A stretch of 63,311 nt of DNA, the filler included, from Intoshia linei (taxonomy: Eukaryota; Animalia; Orthonectida): assembly GCA_001642005.1 (NCBI GenBank). It is 6 parts of 6 records of this genome, joined end to end, with 100 filler letters (N's around TTAATTAATTAA, not from the genome) between each part and the next. Parts side by side here need not be neighbours in the genome. Positions count along the whole stretch, not along the records: positions 39,820 to 50,521 come from LWCA01001247.1; positions 50,622 to 63,311 come from LWCA01001069.1; 4 more parts are not named here. One strand, written 5' to 3'. The number at the start of each line of letters is the position of its first letter. The stretch's first letter is position 1. The position numbers were made by a program, and so were the translations under genes. Under the pieces are notes generated by a model. The model did no database searches. It was not told the DNA's origin and worked only from the letters and a program-made list of their open reading frames with translations. Positions 41,136 to 54,400 of this stretch are shown here, piece after piece.

Positions 41136-41410
41136 CACTTGTTCATTCAAATTTTGATATATACCATATAGCCCAAAATGGGTACTTTATGCTGTATAAA
41201 GAATGAAATGCTGGTTAGATTTCAATAAAAATTTATCTACAATAAATTTATGACAATTTGATGATTTCTGTGTACCACACCTAATCTTTATTTTCTAATT
41301 AATCTAATTTGTGGCGAATCTTTCTTCAAAGTTGGATGGAAGCGTTCCCCATGTTCATTAGAATGTAGATGTGTATTGGGTAATTTATTGAAATGATATT
41401 GTAACAAATG
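41136..41410 (-). mobile_element. Chapaev3-like transposon 3' remnant
   Basis: HFNKLPNTHLHSNEHGERFH resembles the family motif HLDFFP.NLG.VSDEHGERFHQ. Terminus TAA|CACTTGTTCATTCAAATTTTGAT resembles the left end CACTGTCTGACATTGAAAAATTGAT. Confidence 0.55.
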
Positions 41411-41839
41411 AATTGCCTCCAAATCCCTGAAATCTGAAACTCTTTTCTGTAGTGTACGAGGGCAATTTCTACTTACTGGAACCGGAACCAGTGCTTTTAG
41501 AGTATAATGAAATTTCTGTAAACAGCGATCAATTGTGCTGATATTTAAATTTACATTATACTCTAGAAGCACTTTTTCTTGTAATTGTTTCAATTTTAAG
41601 ATGCAATTATCATCAATCCTTCTTTTGGTTGCCTCCTTCTGCTGTTCGATAAATTTACCTCTTGTATTGCCACCACATAAACCACATTTAACAACTCCAG
41701 TTTTCAGGAATTTGTTCACTATATTCGACACGGTTATCCGAGGCAATGACAACAAATGTGCAATAGCCGTTACTGATATCCCTTTCAGGCATTTGTTAAT
41801 TATTATTTCTCTTTGTATTTCCGAGATTTGATTAGCCAT
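41410..41839 (-). mobile_element. Tc1/IS630-family transposase N-terminal (HTH) fragment
   Basis: ISEIQREIII...GISVTAIAHLLSLPRITVSNIVNKFLKTG...GG...LKQLQEKV...STIDRCL..FHYTLK. The catalytic DDE region is missing. Confidence 0.8.
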
Positions 41840-41910
41840 GTATTAACTGATTTATGAAAATTTAATTTCATTTCTTGGTTTAAATGTGTCATAATAAGAT
41901 TCTCACAATT

Positions 41911-41995
41911 ACACAGTTTTTGTTGTTCATTCTTGGCGATTTTCACGTGGGAAAGGGTTCACTTTATAAGAGGTGTGATTGTATTTGTTTATAAT
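41911..41995 (+). pseudogene. Small GTPase (Ran-like) P-loop fragment
   Basis: TQFLLFILGDFHVGKGSLYKR versus Ran [21 protein letters not shown]. Confidence 0.55.
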
Positions 41996-42038
41996 CCTAA
42001 TAATGTCTTACTATATTATATTAAATATATTTTTATAG

Positions 42039-45000
42039 ATGAAAAACAAAGAATATGTTGATTTAAATGGAAATAAAAGATCATTGGATGATTTGATATG
42101 TCGTATTATTTTATATTTATTTTTAAACATAAATCGTTTTCTCGCTTCTTTGACAGAACTCCGCTTTTTTTAAAGCATATGTACTGTGAAATTTTAAAAT
42201 TTATGTAAATTAATATGCTTTGTTCTAAAATGTAGAAATATCTGAATATATTAAGTTGACTAACCAAGTAAACCTGATTTTTGAAAAATAACTACATATT
42301 TTGTCATAATGTAGCATTTTATCATTTGACTTCTAAAACTATTTTTGATATTTGTCATCCAGTTTATATATAGATAAAGAAAAAGTAAAAAATGATGAAA
42401 TAAAAATATCTGACTTTGTATCAATATTAAAGAATTTGCATTGTATAATAGAGTCTGATCGACAAAGTTTTCCGGATATGGGGACTATGATTGAACTTTA
42501 TGGAAAGGTAATACTGAGTCCGTTAATTATTGATACAAAATATTTTTTCACATTTCTACATCACATTTCATTTTTTACACTCATACTCTAATATAGTGGT
42601 TTTCAACTTTTTGTGTTCGCGACCCCCTTATAAACATAAAAAATTTTCGCGACCCAAAAATTTTTATATACTTCAAACATCTTATCAATTCACATAAATG
42701 AAAATATTAAAAAAGCATATTCAGTTTTATTTATATTTTATACTGTGTTCAAATTCTCACGACTCCCCTGATAAATTTCGCGACCCCCCGGTTGAAAACC
42801 ACTGCTCTAATAAATTAAAAAAAGAATACAAAATTGTTTGTTATAAAAAGCTTTCCACTTCTGGTTCCCATTTTAATAACGAGTGTAAATGTGTAAATGT
42901 CTGAAAATGTTCTATGGAATGCTGACTTAAGCTTCATTTTTTAATTATAATTAATAGATGGCTCTGAATTCTGTAGCTATTCAACTGGAATCTTTCATTG
43001 ATGATTTCAATGTAGGATCAGGCTTATATATATGGTATGTATTTGAAATCTGATTTAAAATTTAAATCCTTATATAAAGTAATTTAGTTAAAAATGTGTG
43101 TCTGTTCCAGTTTATTTAAGAAAATAAGAGGATTCGAGATTTAAAAATTGCATATTTCTAATATTGTTTTTCGAGGTTAATGTTTTAGTGCAAATTAGAT
43201 TTGGAGAAATTGAATCTTTCATGGTCAAAACTTTAATTATACTTTTTTTTCAAATTCAAACCAGTCCAGAATTGTGGAAAATACACTTTGATCAAGATTT
43301 TAAAATCATCAACATTATGATAAATTGCAATTTCAAAATTTACATTTTCACTATAAAAACCACAGATTACCCTTTTTTTAAAAAATGAAAATAGTTCTAG
43401 AATTTTCCAAAAAAAACACAGTTGATACAATCATATCCAATGAATACATAAAAAATTTCAATCTGACAAAGTGACTCGTTCATGGTCAAATTTTATTAGT
43501 AATTTTTTTAATTTAGAAACTATTTTATTAAAACAAAAAATTTGAATTAATTAACGGTTCTACAATTAAAAAAAGAAGATTATCAGATACAGTTTATTCC
43601 ACTTGCTATAAATAAAAAATTTCAACTTTAAAAATCTACGCATGGGTTTTTTTCATTGAATTGGTCCCAGTATATTAATGTAATATTTAAATCTTAGTCA
43701 CCGGTAAAATTTTTTCGAACCACATTAGTGCTCTTGTTTAACTATTTTAATTAGTTTATCAAATCTTAATCATGAATGTAAACCTAACGCTGTATGCATA
43801 TTTGACGGTCAAAATATAAATTTATTTGCTTCAAGAAATATTGATATCGGAGAAGAGGTTTAATCTTTTTTTTGTGAATAATTCTTTTTAATAGATTACA
43901 ATGTCCTACGATTTAACCACTGCATATAATGATAAATATAAAAAAGTTTTGGAATGTCAGTATTATTTTAAATGCAGTTGCTCATTTTGTACTGATTATC
44001 ATTATGTATATTTTATTTTATATGCACTCCATCCACTAATTTTACTTTAATCCCTTTTACAAATATTTTTTAAATTTTTCCCCCATCATTATGTCATTAA
44101 TGACCAAATATTAATACATCCTATCTGTCGTAGTTTTCTAACTATCTGGAAATTATCCATACTTCAGTTTTTAATCCTATTTTAATAAATTGTAATTTTC
44201 CTATAATACCATTATTTCATATATGATTGCTGAAAACAGTCTCATAGATTGAAAATGTCTAAATTATTATTTTTTATTTAGCCCAATTTATGTACCATAA
44301 CCAAATGTGATTGTGATGGACCTGTCATTTCTAATTCTGGTATATTAAATGTGTAAATATAAATATGTTTTGAATTGGTTGGTACTATTTTTCCATGTTA
44401 AACCCACTGTTCCAGGTATCATTTTCAAATTTATGGTTGAAATACATTTTTTTTCTTTGCAATATTTTTATATTTTAACTAGCTTGGCTGTTTTGTACTA
44501 CGTACAAACAGCACCTAGCTCTGCCGAGGGCACTTATTTATTATACCAAAAAAATAAATTCACGTTGAAAATCTAACTTAATCCTACTATTAACTATTAT
44601 CAATCCTTTAAATGAGTGGTTCCCAAATTTGTTTCAGGTGGAACCGTCATATCACATTACTTTTACTTTAAAGTGAATTATTTTATCTTAATTTTTTTTG
44701 TTAACATTTGCGTAAAGAATTTTAAAAACAATTATTAATCCCCATTTTTTTAATTTATTAGACAGAATGTGTGTATAATATTAAAAATAAAGTAAGAACA
44801 GTCCAATATTAAAAATTGTCATAAATAGCATAAATTGCAGAAAAAATAAAATTATAAAAACCTATTTGGTCATTTTCAATGTGATGACATATATTCAGTA
44901 CCAATTTAATAAATACTTAAAAATACCAATTGTGTATCAATAATTAATAGAATCTTCACTTTATAAATATTTCAGTCAAATTTTACTATTATTGGAAAGG

Positions 45001-48000
45001 ATTGTAATATAAAAATTGGATTGTCTACTAAAAATTTTCCTAAATGTAAATCAGAATGAATACAGTATGATGATTAATTAAAAAAATAATTGTTGTCTTA
45101 ACTATTTCGGATATCATGTTCTTTTTGAGACTCATTGAGACGTATCATCTTCATTATTTTGGACTGTTAGCTACTGAATGTAGTTTTTCTTTTTACCATT
45201 TTATATTAAATTGGTAACAATTATCAATAAAAAAAATAACGTTTCAGTTAGTATAAATTTAATTTTATATTTTATATTACGTTGTTGTAGTGTCATAAAT
45301 TAATTAAAGTTTACAAAATTTTTTGAAAATGAAAATTTGAAATTTAAAAATCGCGTAGCAATGAAAAATCATTCCGAAGGAATGAATTATATAGATTTTC
45401 ACCCATATGTATTTACTGGAAGTTTGTAGACGTACAATCCACATTTTTTTTAAAATTGTAGGATCAATATTTACATTTTCAATTTTTGATTTTAATCGAA
45501 ATATTTGAAAAATATTGGTTGATAATATATTAAAATTATTTTTCACCGGGAATGCGTAGATTTCTGGGGTTGAAATTTTGTATTTATATTAACTGGAATA
45601 AGCTCTATCAAAATAATTTAATTTTTTAATTTTCCGACTGTTAATTATTTCACATTTGTTGTTTTAATAAAATGATTCGGAAAAAAAAATATATGAATAC
45701 TAAAATGCTTTTTTGACCGTGAAGTCGTCACTTATCAGATTTAAATTATATGTGTGTGTTAACATGATACAACTCTACCACCTGCAAATTTTTTTAAATT
45801 CTAGGGCTGTTTTTATAAAAAAAAGAAGGGTAATTTGTGGTTTTGGTCCTGAAGATATAATTATTTTAAATTTAATTTTATGATAATGTTTTTATGATTT
45901 TAAAATCAGCATCAGCGTATATATTTTTTAAAATTTTCAAACTCATTTGATTTTCAAAAAGAGGGACAACAGGGGTTTTTGACCCGTAAGATCTGAAATT
46001 GGGAGGTTGAAATTTATCTTATTATACGTATGGAAAAAACTGTAATTGAAAGGTGGTCTTTAAAAAATTCTAAGAGTGCTAGTTAAATAAAAAAAGTAAC
46101 ACACACAGACAGACACACACAAACAAAAATCGCGTCGCATTTTATATAAGTTAGGAAGGATTTGTAAATCTTACACTGTAAATATTTAATTATTATTTTT
46201 TAGACAATTTAACGTGCTAATAAACTACTACCATGCTAAAATTTTACTTTTTTAATTTTTATTGTTAGTAACCATATTTGATAGGGTATGAGACGACTGT
46301 TTAAGAATGTACCTTAATTTGTCAAATTCTGTTACCTTAATTCTTACTTTAAACATTTATTAATTATCTATATAGATACAGGCATGATCTGTTGTCAAAA
46401 ATGTGGTAAAATAAATTTTGATAAAAATTTTATTACGAAAAGAATCAATTTTTTGAATTGTTTACACCAATTGTATAATTCAAAGAATCATAGACCTGAA
46501 AGAAAAGGTAATTTTTAAGTTTTTTCATGTGCAATTTATCAATAAGTATATGGGCAATTGGAAGTGTTTCTTAATTTAGTGTTAGTACCGCCGATGTATG
46601 GTGATTTACAACGTCAGATTGGCCATTTAAACCAGGGGTCGACAACCAGTGGAACACAGAATAATTTTGGTGGCCCTTTGAGTAAATATGTAAATTATGT
46701 ATTTTTACATTTTTTAACTTTTAAACACTTTGTTACTTCAATTTATGAATTTTTAGATTTCCCATTTATTATTTTGTTTAATATACTAGAACCGTTTCTC
46801 TTTTGTTAAAATTGAAATTTATCATGTATAAATTTTCAAAAACGGGGCCCATAGATAAATTATGATAAATAAAGTAACCCACGAGACGCAAAAGGTTGTC
46901 GACCCCTGATTTACACTGATGTCTTCGAAACTAACTGTTCGTGTTGGTTGGGTAACTATTATTATTAAGAGTAATTCTTTTTTTTTACATAATTTATTAT
47001 ATAGAAAATCTAAACGGTATAAAAATGTATGTGGAGTTGCTACCTATTAACGCACCATTCCTAGTGCACTTTGGTATTGATGTGCATCCCAAGTTAGGAT
47101 TTTCCAATACTATGAGATATTTACCTTGAAATATATTGACTACTTGATAATAGCGTTGTATCGATTAAATATACTGTATAGTAGGGATCACACGTGTCTG
47201 CTAAACAAGGGTATTTAGTAATCAATGTCTTCAGTTGTACGATATAAGTAAAAAATAAAATTCCTTAAAATCTAATATTGATCATATCTAAATCACTGTT
47301 AGTTTTTTCCAGTGTTGTATCTAACTGAACTGATGAAAGTTTATAAATTATCTACTGCTGGTTTACTTTTTCTTAAATTTAGTGGCAGTTACGATTGTAG
47401 CTAATAAAGATAGGATATTAGTAAATAATTTTTTAAAAAATCATAAACAAGTCATACACGCTAAAAACAATGAAATTTTCTGGTTATTAATGGAATATGT
47501 AGACAATCTGGAAGAAAGCATTTTTGTGTACTATACAGAAAAATTGATTTCTGAATTAGAGTAATTTTAATTTTTTTTTTCTTTTTAAAATTATTTATTA
47601 ATTTTTAATTAGCTTTTATTTTGGTTTAAGAACTGGCGACGTTGGACTAATGAATATGAGACTTGCATTATACTATGTAGAGAAAAAAGAATTTTCTGTG
47701 GCGATAAAATACTATTGCAAGGTAATTCTTAAATATTATTTTTTCGTATTTGCTGTACAATTTTCTGAGTCATTTAAAATTTGGTCAAATTATTTTTATA
47801 AATGATTGGTTTATTTTTAGTATTATTTTCAACTACACAGGTTAATATAGGTTTGAAAAATCAGTTTTCTATTTATGTCTTGTATAACAACATTGATATA
47901 TAATTATTATACATTTTGGTACAATTCACAATTTTGGTTGGATAACTTTTCAATGTGAATATTTGATACAATTCAGAATCTCTGATGTACAATGGAAAAT

Positions 48001-48167
48001 GTACACGTGATACATATAATTTACATGTTTAATTTATGATATTAACCGAATCTTTAGGCAAATGATGGTTTTGATTTCTTATCCATCGACCATTCTGTTC
48101 GTAAAAGAATAAATGAATATATCGGTGTTTGCAGAATACAAAATAAATTGCATAAAGCAGGAATGTG
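42039..48167 (+). CDS. SMYD-type SET-domain lysine methyltransferase (spliced; 5' end and MYND finger not resolved)
   Basis: MALNSVAI...VGSGLY, LSNLNHECKPNA...FASRNIDIGEE|ITMSY...YYFKCSCSFC (NHxC, GEEIT.SY, post-SET CxCxxC), a TPR-like tail (GLMNMRLALYYVEKKEFSVAIKYYCK) and TGA near 48165. Confidence 0.85.
42594..42804. mobile_element. hAT MITE with 8-bp TSD CTCTAATA
   Basis: tagtggttttcaac ... gttgaaaaccactg; ctctaata at 42586-42593 and 42805-42812. Confidence 0.9.
44479..46156 (-). mobile_element. Non-autonomous Helitron-like element, both ends present
   Basis: The minus strand begins TCctaacttatataaa (46156) and ends with hairpin + CTAG|T (44479). Confidence 0.82.
46550..47140 (+). pseudogene. 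Decayed Ran-like copy split by a hAT MITE (~46633-46908)
   Basis: LNLVLV...GHL | TDVFET (Ran FKLVLV...RHLTGEFEK) and FGIDVHP (47070-47090; Ran LGVEVHP). MITE TIR caggggtcgacaacc with TSD atttaaac/atttacac. Confidence 0.55.
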
Positions 48168-48784
48168 AAATTGGATATTTTGCAACTTTGTATAATAATT
48201 AATTAAAAATTTTTAATGATTACTCTATTTTCGCACTACATTTATTGTGTATTTATCGGTAATTTTTTTATACTGAAGGACTCAATTACGGAAACGGTAA
48301 AATAATGGAAATATTGTATTAGAAATAGGGCTTTTTTAAATTCTGCGACTGTTAATTTTTTAAATAAACTTACAACTAGAACTTTTATCAACTTTTTTAA
48401 AGAATTGGTAATATTGAATAGTACATTTTTAAGTTTTATCATTAGAGATTTTATTAAATTTATTTTTTTGGTAGAATTTGCCCTCGGCAGATCTAAATGA
48501 TGTTTGTATGAAGTACTTGACATTTAAGCTAGTTTATTAATAAATTACATCAATGTATAATTATTTAAACAATTAAATTATCTAGATTTTGTTCTATAGA
48601 ATGAATCATATCTTCCATCATTTCACGATCATGAATTAACAATACAGTAACATGAGCCAGTGTTTTCATTACAGTTTCTTCATTTTCTAAATATTAATTG
48701 AATCATAATTAGTATCTAATTTATCAATAACTCTAAAACTTGATACAACCATCTTAAATTAGCAGATAACCTGTTACGGTAGAT

Positions 48785-49528
48785 CAGTGGTCGCCAAAGT
48801 GGTCACAGGAAATTCTAGGTGGTCCATAAGAAAAATTTTAAATAAAATGCGAATAACTTTTGTTTTAACAATAATATTAAATTAGAATATTATTAATTAT
48901 TAATCATTTATTATCATTATTAGTGAACGTAAACATTATTTAATCAAAATAAAGTGAAAATTTACTGAATTACGTGAATAATTTTCACGTGCGTTAAATT
49001 TAATCTATGTAACGATTTAACTTAGTTTCATAGTAGTTCCCGAACGTAATACACTCGTGGCCACTCCTAAAATGAAAAATAACCCCTTAAAAAATTTGTA
49101 AACGAATTATAATGTCATATAACATATCCACCTTTCTAAGACTCTTGATTTGACATTTTAAATTTAACACTCAAATTAGTTAATAGTCAAGATTTTTTTT
49201 AATGTCAATTTAGTAAATTAAAGCCTCCATTTAAAAAAAATTTCGTATAGATTCCTCGGTGAAATGGATCTCGCATACGGTAGATTCGGCACTGCTAGTT
49301 TGCCATAAGTATGTTTGAAATTAATAATTTTTTTAATTACGCCATTGAAGCTACCATAACAAAATTAAAGTAAAATCTTCGATTTAAGGAGGAATATATA
49401 CTAAATAAATATAAATACTACCTTAATGGCAATGTTCAGGATGAAGGGTATTTTTTAATAAATTATGTAGTCCACACACATTTTTTTGTGACCGGTGGTC
49501 GATGGTGGAAAAATTTTGGGAACCACTG
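48785..49528. mobile_element. hAT non-autonomous element, TSD C(G/T)GTAGAT
   Basis: cagtggtcgccaaa ... tttgggaaccactg, flanked by cggtagat and ctgtagat. Confidence 0.75.
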
Positions 49529-49559
49529 CTGTAGATTAATTGTAGTTTCGGGGAGGAAA

Positions 49560-50180
49560 ATATACTATTAATTTATAAAAAACATTATTCAATGAATCAT
49601 TTTATGAATTTGATGAAACGTTCATCAGCTGAGTAGTGAATAACGGTTCCTGTGTCATTTTGCTTATTATCTCAGCAGAATGTTTTTGTACTTAAATTAT
49701 ACTCAGGACCGTCAATATATTTAAAATTATCGTCTTAGAAACCCATACGAAACTTTTATAACTTGAATGGTCGTTATATCCAATTCCCATCGTTCACTTT
49801 ATGGACAGTTTTAATAGACGAAACTTTAAAATCAAAATAAAGTAACTTACCATTTACAGTAGCATTGTCCAAATAATCCAAAATATTTTGATTATGTTCA
49901 ACAAAACAGATTATTGAATCATCAGCATTTATAACTGCTTCATCTAGATTTTTAATAGTTCCATTCATGTAGTTGCAGGTGTGATCTTAATAAATACATT
50001 ATATTTTCAATTAAACCCTCAAAAAAATATAAAATGTGATTAAGGCATTACTTGACAAATCTACTAATTTCTGATTTACAACATATTTTACTTGTTCTAG
50101 CCCTTCTTCCACACATTCATCGTTTACTAGTTAAATTTTTAATATTTCTATTAAAAATTTTCCAATATTATTACATTCTA
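49560..50180 (-). mobile_element. Highly decayed Gypsy gag/protease-like remnant
   Basis: NATVNGKLLYFDFKVSSIKTVHKVN..W resembles the retropepsin N-terminus with the catalytic DTG lost; many stops. Confidence 0.35.
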
Positions 50181-50186
50181 AATATA

Positions 50187-50521
50187 TTAGGTCGTTTCAT
50201 AAGTAATGTCGTTTTTTTAACAAAATTAAAAAGTTTATTTGATTACATTAAAAATAAAGTTATATTATAAAATATTCAACATTGCTTTCCAGTCTTTTTC
50301 CAACGTTCCGGTAGTCTATTTATACTATTAGTATAAAAACTCGCTACTTTATTGGACAAAAACGTTTCTATGTCCAATTTTAACCTTTCATTTGAAGTGT
50401 ATTTTTTACGATAGTAATGGTTACTCATAGCTATAAATAGGTAATAATCAGATGGTGCTAAGTCTGTTGAATACGGTGGATGTGGTAATACTACAAATTT
50501 TAACTCCTTTAGAAGCTGAGA
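50187..50521 (-). mobile_element. mariner (DD34D) transposase C-terminus and right TIR
   Basis: VLPHPPYSTDLAPSDYYLF...FY..SI.RLPERW; terminus TA|TTAGGTCGTTTCATAAGTAATGTCG. Confidence 0.93.
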
Positions 50522-51409
50522 NNNNNNNNNNNNNNNNNNNNNNNNNNNNNNNNNNNNNNNNNNNNTTAATTAATTAANNNNNNNNNNNNNNNNNNNNNNN
50601 NNNNNNNNNNNNNNNNNNNNNTAATGGCAATACAATTATGTTTTAAAATTTATATAACGGTGCTACAGCCGACAAAACCCCAGAAATATTATTATGGCGA
50701 ATAAGAGATGTCATCACTGTTCAGAAAAAAATTTAACGAAAAAAACAAACTACGTGAATTTTTTTTCCAAAAGTTAAATAAATTTGATTTTTAAGTTAAA
50801 TTTTTTTCTTTTTATAGGTTAAAAAAAATCGCCCTAATGATAATATATATGATTTTAAAAACTATCCCAGAATTTATGTTTAAAAAAAATTTGGGACATG
50901 TTTAATTTTTAAAACAAAGGGTAATTTGGAATATTGACCATGGTATGTATCAAGGTGTCAAGGTATGCGTTTTAGAGGCTGGGATTAACGACAATATTCA
51001 TGATTTTAAAACACGTCCCAGAATATATGTTTTATTACATTTTTGGGCTAATTTTTTTTTAAACAAAAAGGAAAATTGTGTTTTGACCTTGTAGAACTGA
51101 AATTAGGAAACTGAAAAATAGATCAAACCACGCTCTGCGAAAAACTGTATTAGAAGTGGGATTTTTTTAAATGCTGCGACTGTCAATTTTTTCAATAAAG
51201 GTTACACACACAAACAGAAACACTCACAGACATTCATTTTTATATACTAAGTAGTAAAATAAAGTAAGTAAACGATTTTGTAGTTTATTTTTACTTAAAT
51301 TAAATACATTTTTGACATTTAGCTTTTTCAATTATTAGCTTTTGTAAAAGTTCATGTAAAAAACAATCAAAGTGTCTAAGGGTTAATTAATCCACAATAA
51401 AAAGTTATG

Positions 51410-54400
51410 TACCTTCAACGAATTCTCCATATAATGTGTATAATTTATTTTTATTGTGAAAAAGTTAGTAATTTTGTTAATTTTTTAGTGCGATGTTAAA
51501 TATACGTTTATTTTTATTGTTTTCTAATGTAGTAACGACACAACTGACATAATAATACATTTTCAAAAATCTTATATATGATTATGAAAATCAATTAAAA
51601 TAAAATAGGCAATTACCACAATATAAAGAAGAAATGTGTTGATCAAGAATGTAATTCCTAATCTCATAATTTTCATTTTAAAAAAATTACGCGTAGCTAT
51701 ACCCTAAATTATTAATTATAAAATATATAATCTTTATCAATATATATCAATGGTTCTTAAAGTCTTGCTCGCCAAATTACTTTGTTTCTCACTCAAGCAA
51801 ATAAAAAAATTCAAAATAGAACAGGAGTGGGCAAGCTATTTTAGTCGGCGAGCAAAATTTTCATTACAAAGAATTAAGCAGGTAATAAAAAAAAAAATTT
51901 TTTTATATTTATGGTATTTTTAGTTTCAAAGGAAAATTCGGTCAAAAATATATATTTTGCAATGTTAACGAAATTAATCAAAAATTCTCAGTGTGTATAT
52001 ATTATATTATTGTGCGCTGAAGACAGTGTTGTCAGATATTTATGAAAGGAAGTAAATGACAATATTTTCAAAATTTACAATGAAATGCAATTTTTATTAA
52101 TTTTTTAATTTAATTTTTAAAGGTAATGTGAAATTTAAGTTTAAGAACCACTACTTTAATTGATAATGGTGAGTGTATCATTTTTAATGATGACTTTATT
52201 ATTGAATTTATTTTTTTAGTAAAATTAAAAAAGGTTGCAGTAAAAAAGTAATAAATACAAGATTAAAAATATTTAAGTAAAATTAGACTTAAATTACCAC
52301 AAGAATCAATATAAAACGACAAAAATAGATAATGAATTCAACAATAAATGCACTTTTAATTTTTTTGGTCAAATTTTCAGAATACTGTATAGATTCAAAT
52401 GATAACATTGATTTAAAATTGATACAAGATCCATAATCGATAGAATAATGACGATACTGATTGTAATACTCCGCAGATAAATGTGTATGTTTAATCATTA
52501 ATGCATAATATCTAATAAGTAAATATAATTAGGTAATACAGTAATATAATATAATAATATAGTATAACAAGCTTGGCTGTTTTGTACTACATACAAACAG
52601 CACCTAGCTCTGCCGAGGGCACTCTTTTATTATACCAAAAATATAAATTCACGTGGAAAATCTAACTTAAAAATTTTACTATTAACTATTATCAATCCTT
52701 TAAAAAAGTGGTTCCTAAATTTGTTTCAGGTGGAACCGTCATATCACATTAATTTTTACTTTAAAGTGAATTATTCCATTTTAAATTTTTTTGTTAACAT
52801 TTGCGTAAAGAATTTTAAAAAAAATTGTTATTTCATTTTTATAAATTATTAGACAGAATGTGTGTATAATATTAAAAATAAAGTAAAAACAGTCTGTAGT
52901 ATTAGTATCATCCCAACACTAAATCAAGATAGAAAATAAACTTCATATTAATTGTAAACCGTATAAAAACGTGTTTTAAAAATTAAACGTTTTTCATTAT
53001 GAATTTTAAATACGACATTACACAGTCCAATTCTAAAAATCGTCATAAATCTCATAAATTCCAGCAAAATAAAATTATAAAAATTTATTTTGTCATTTTC
53101 AATGTGATGATATATATTCAGAACCAGTTTAATAAATACTTAAAAATAGCAATTGTGTATCAATAATTAATCGAATTTTGACCATTATTGCAAAGGATTT
53201 TAATATATAAAAATAATTGATGTTAAAAATGTGTCCATACTTTTGGCCTTTTTTCTTGTGAATGTTACTTTTTTTTTAGCATTTTCATATTAAGTTAAAT
53301 TATGTTAGTATCAAAACTTTTATAAATTCGTTGCCGTAGATGTTCAAAATGTTTGGAAAATGAAAATTTGAAATTTAAAAATTGCGTAGCAATGAAAAAA
53401 ATTTCGAAGGAATGAATTATGTAGATTTTCACACATATGTCTTGACTGGAAATGTGTAGACGTACAATCCACATTTTTTTTGATATTGTAGGATCAATAT
53501 TTACTTTTTCAATTTTTGATTTTAATCGAAATATTTGAAAAATATTGGTTGATAATATATTAAAAATAATTTTTGACTAAAAATGCGTAGATTTCTGGTG
53601 TTGAAATTTTGTATTTATGTCAACTGAAATAAGCTCTATCAGAATAATTTTTTTTTTTAATATTCGGACTGTTAATTATTTCACATTTTTGGTTTTAATA
53701 AAATATTTTGAAAAAAAAATATATGAATACTAAAATGCTTTTTTGACCGTTAAGTCGTCACTTATTCGGATTGAAATTTTTTCTGTGTGTTAACATGATA
53801 CAACTCTACCACCATGAAATTCTAGGGCTGTTTTCAAAAAAAAGGAAGAGAATTTGTGGTTTTGGCCATGAAGGTATAATTTTTTTAAATTTAAATTTAT
53901 GATTATGTTTATGATTTTAAAATCCGCATCAGCGTATATATTTTTTTAAATTCTCCAACTCGTTTAATTTTCAAAAAGAGGGACAACAGGGGTTGTTGAC
54001 GCTTAAGATGTGAAATTGGAAGGTTGAAATTTATCTTATTATACGTCCCGGAAAAAACTGTAATTGAAATGTGGATCTTTAAAAAATTTTAAAAATGCTA
54101 GTTATTTTAATAAAGTAGAACACATACACAGACACACAAACAAAAATCGCGTAGCTGCTACGCCGTATCATATTATATAAGTTAAGATTAAAATGCTGTT
54201 TTGACCGTACAGGCGTAACTTATCCAGATTGAAATTTTTTGTATGTGTCAACAGGATATTTTATATAAGTTAGGATAATATATAGGTATATTCGTAATCA
54301 TACACTTAACAACTCGTTAACCGGGAGGGTTTGTCACATAACTTAAAAATGGTGGCTAAGTTTTTGTAAAATAGAAAAAATTAACAAGAAAAACACTACT

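Noticed and set aside
47382-47564. TIVANK..D as a GTPase NKxD motif
   Set aside because: The segment splices coherently into the SMYD C-terminal helical region.
38146-51386. A single 13-kb piggyBac element carrying the SMYD gene
   Set aside because: The two matching ends are separated by two assembly gaps and more likely belong to separate copies.
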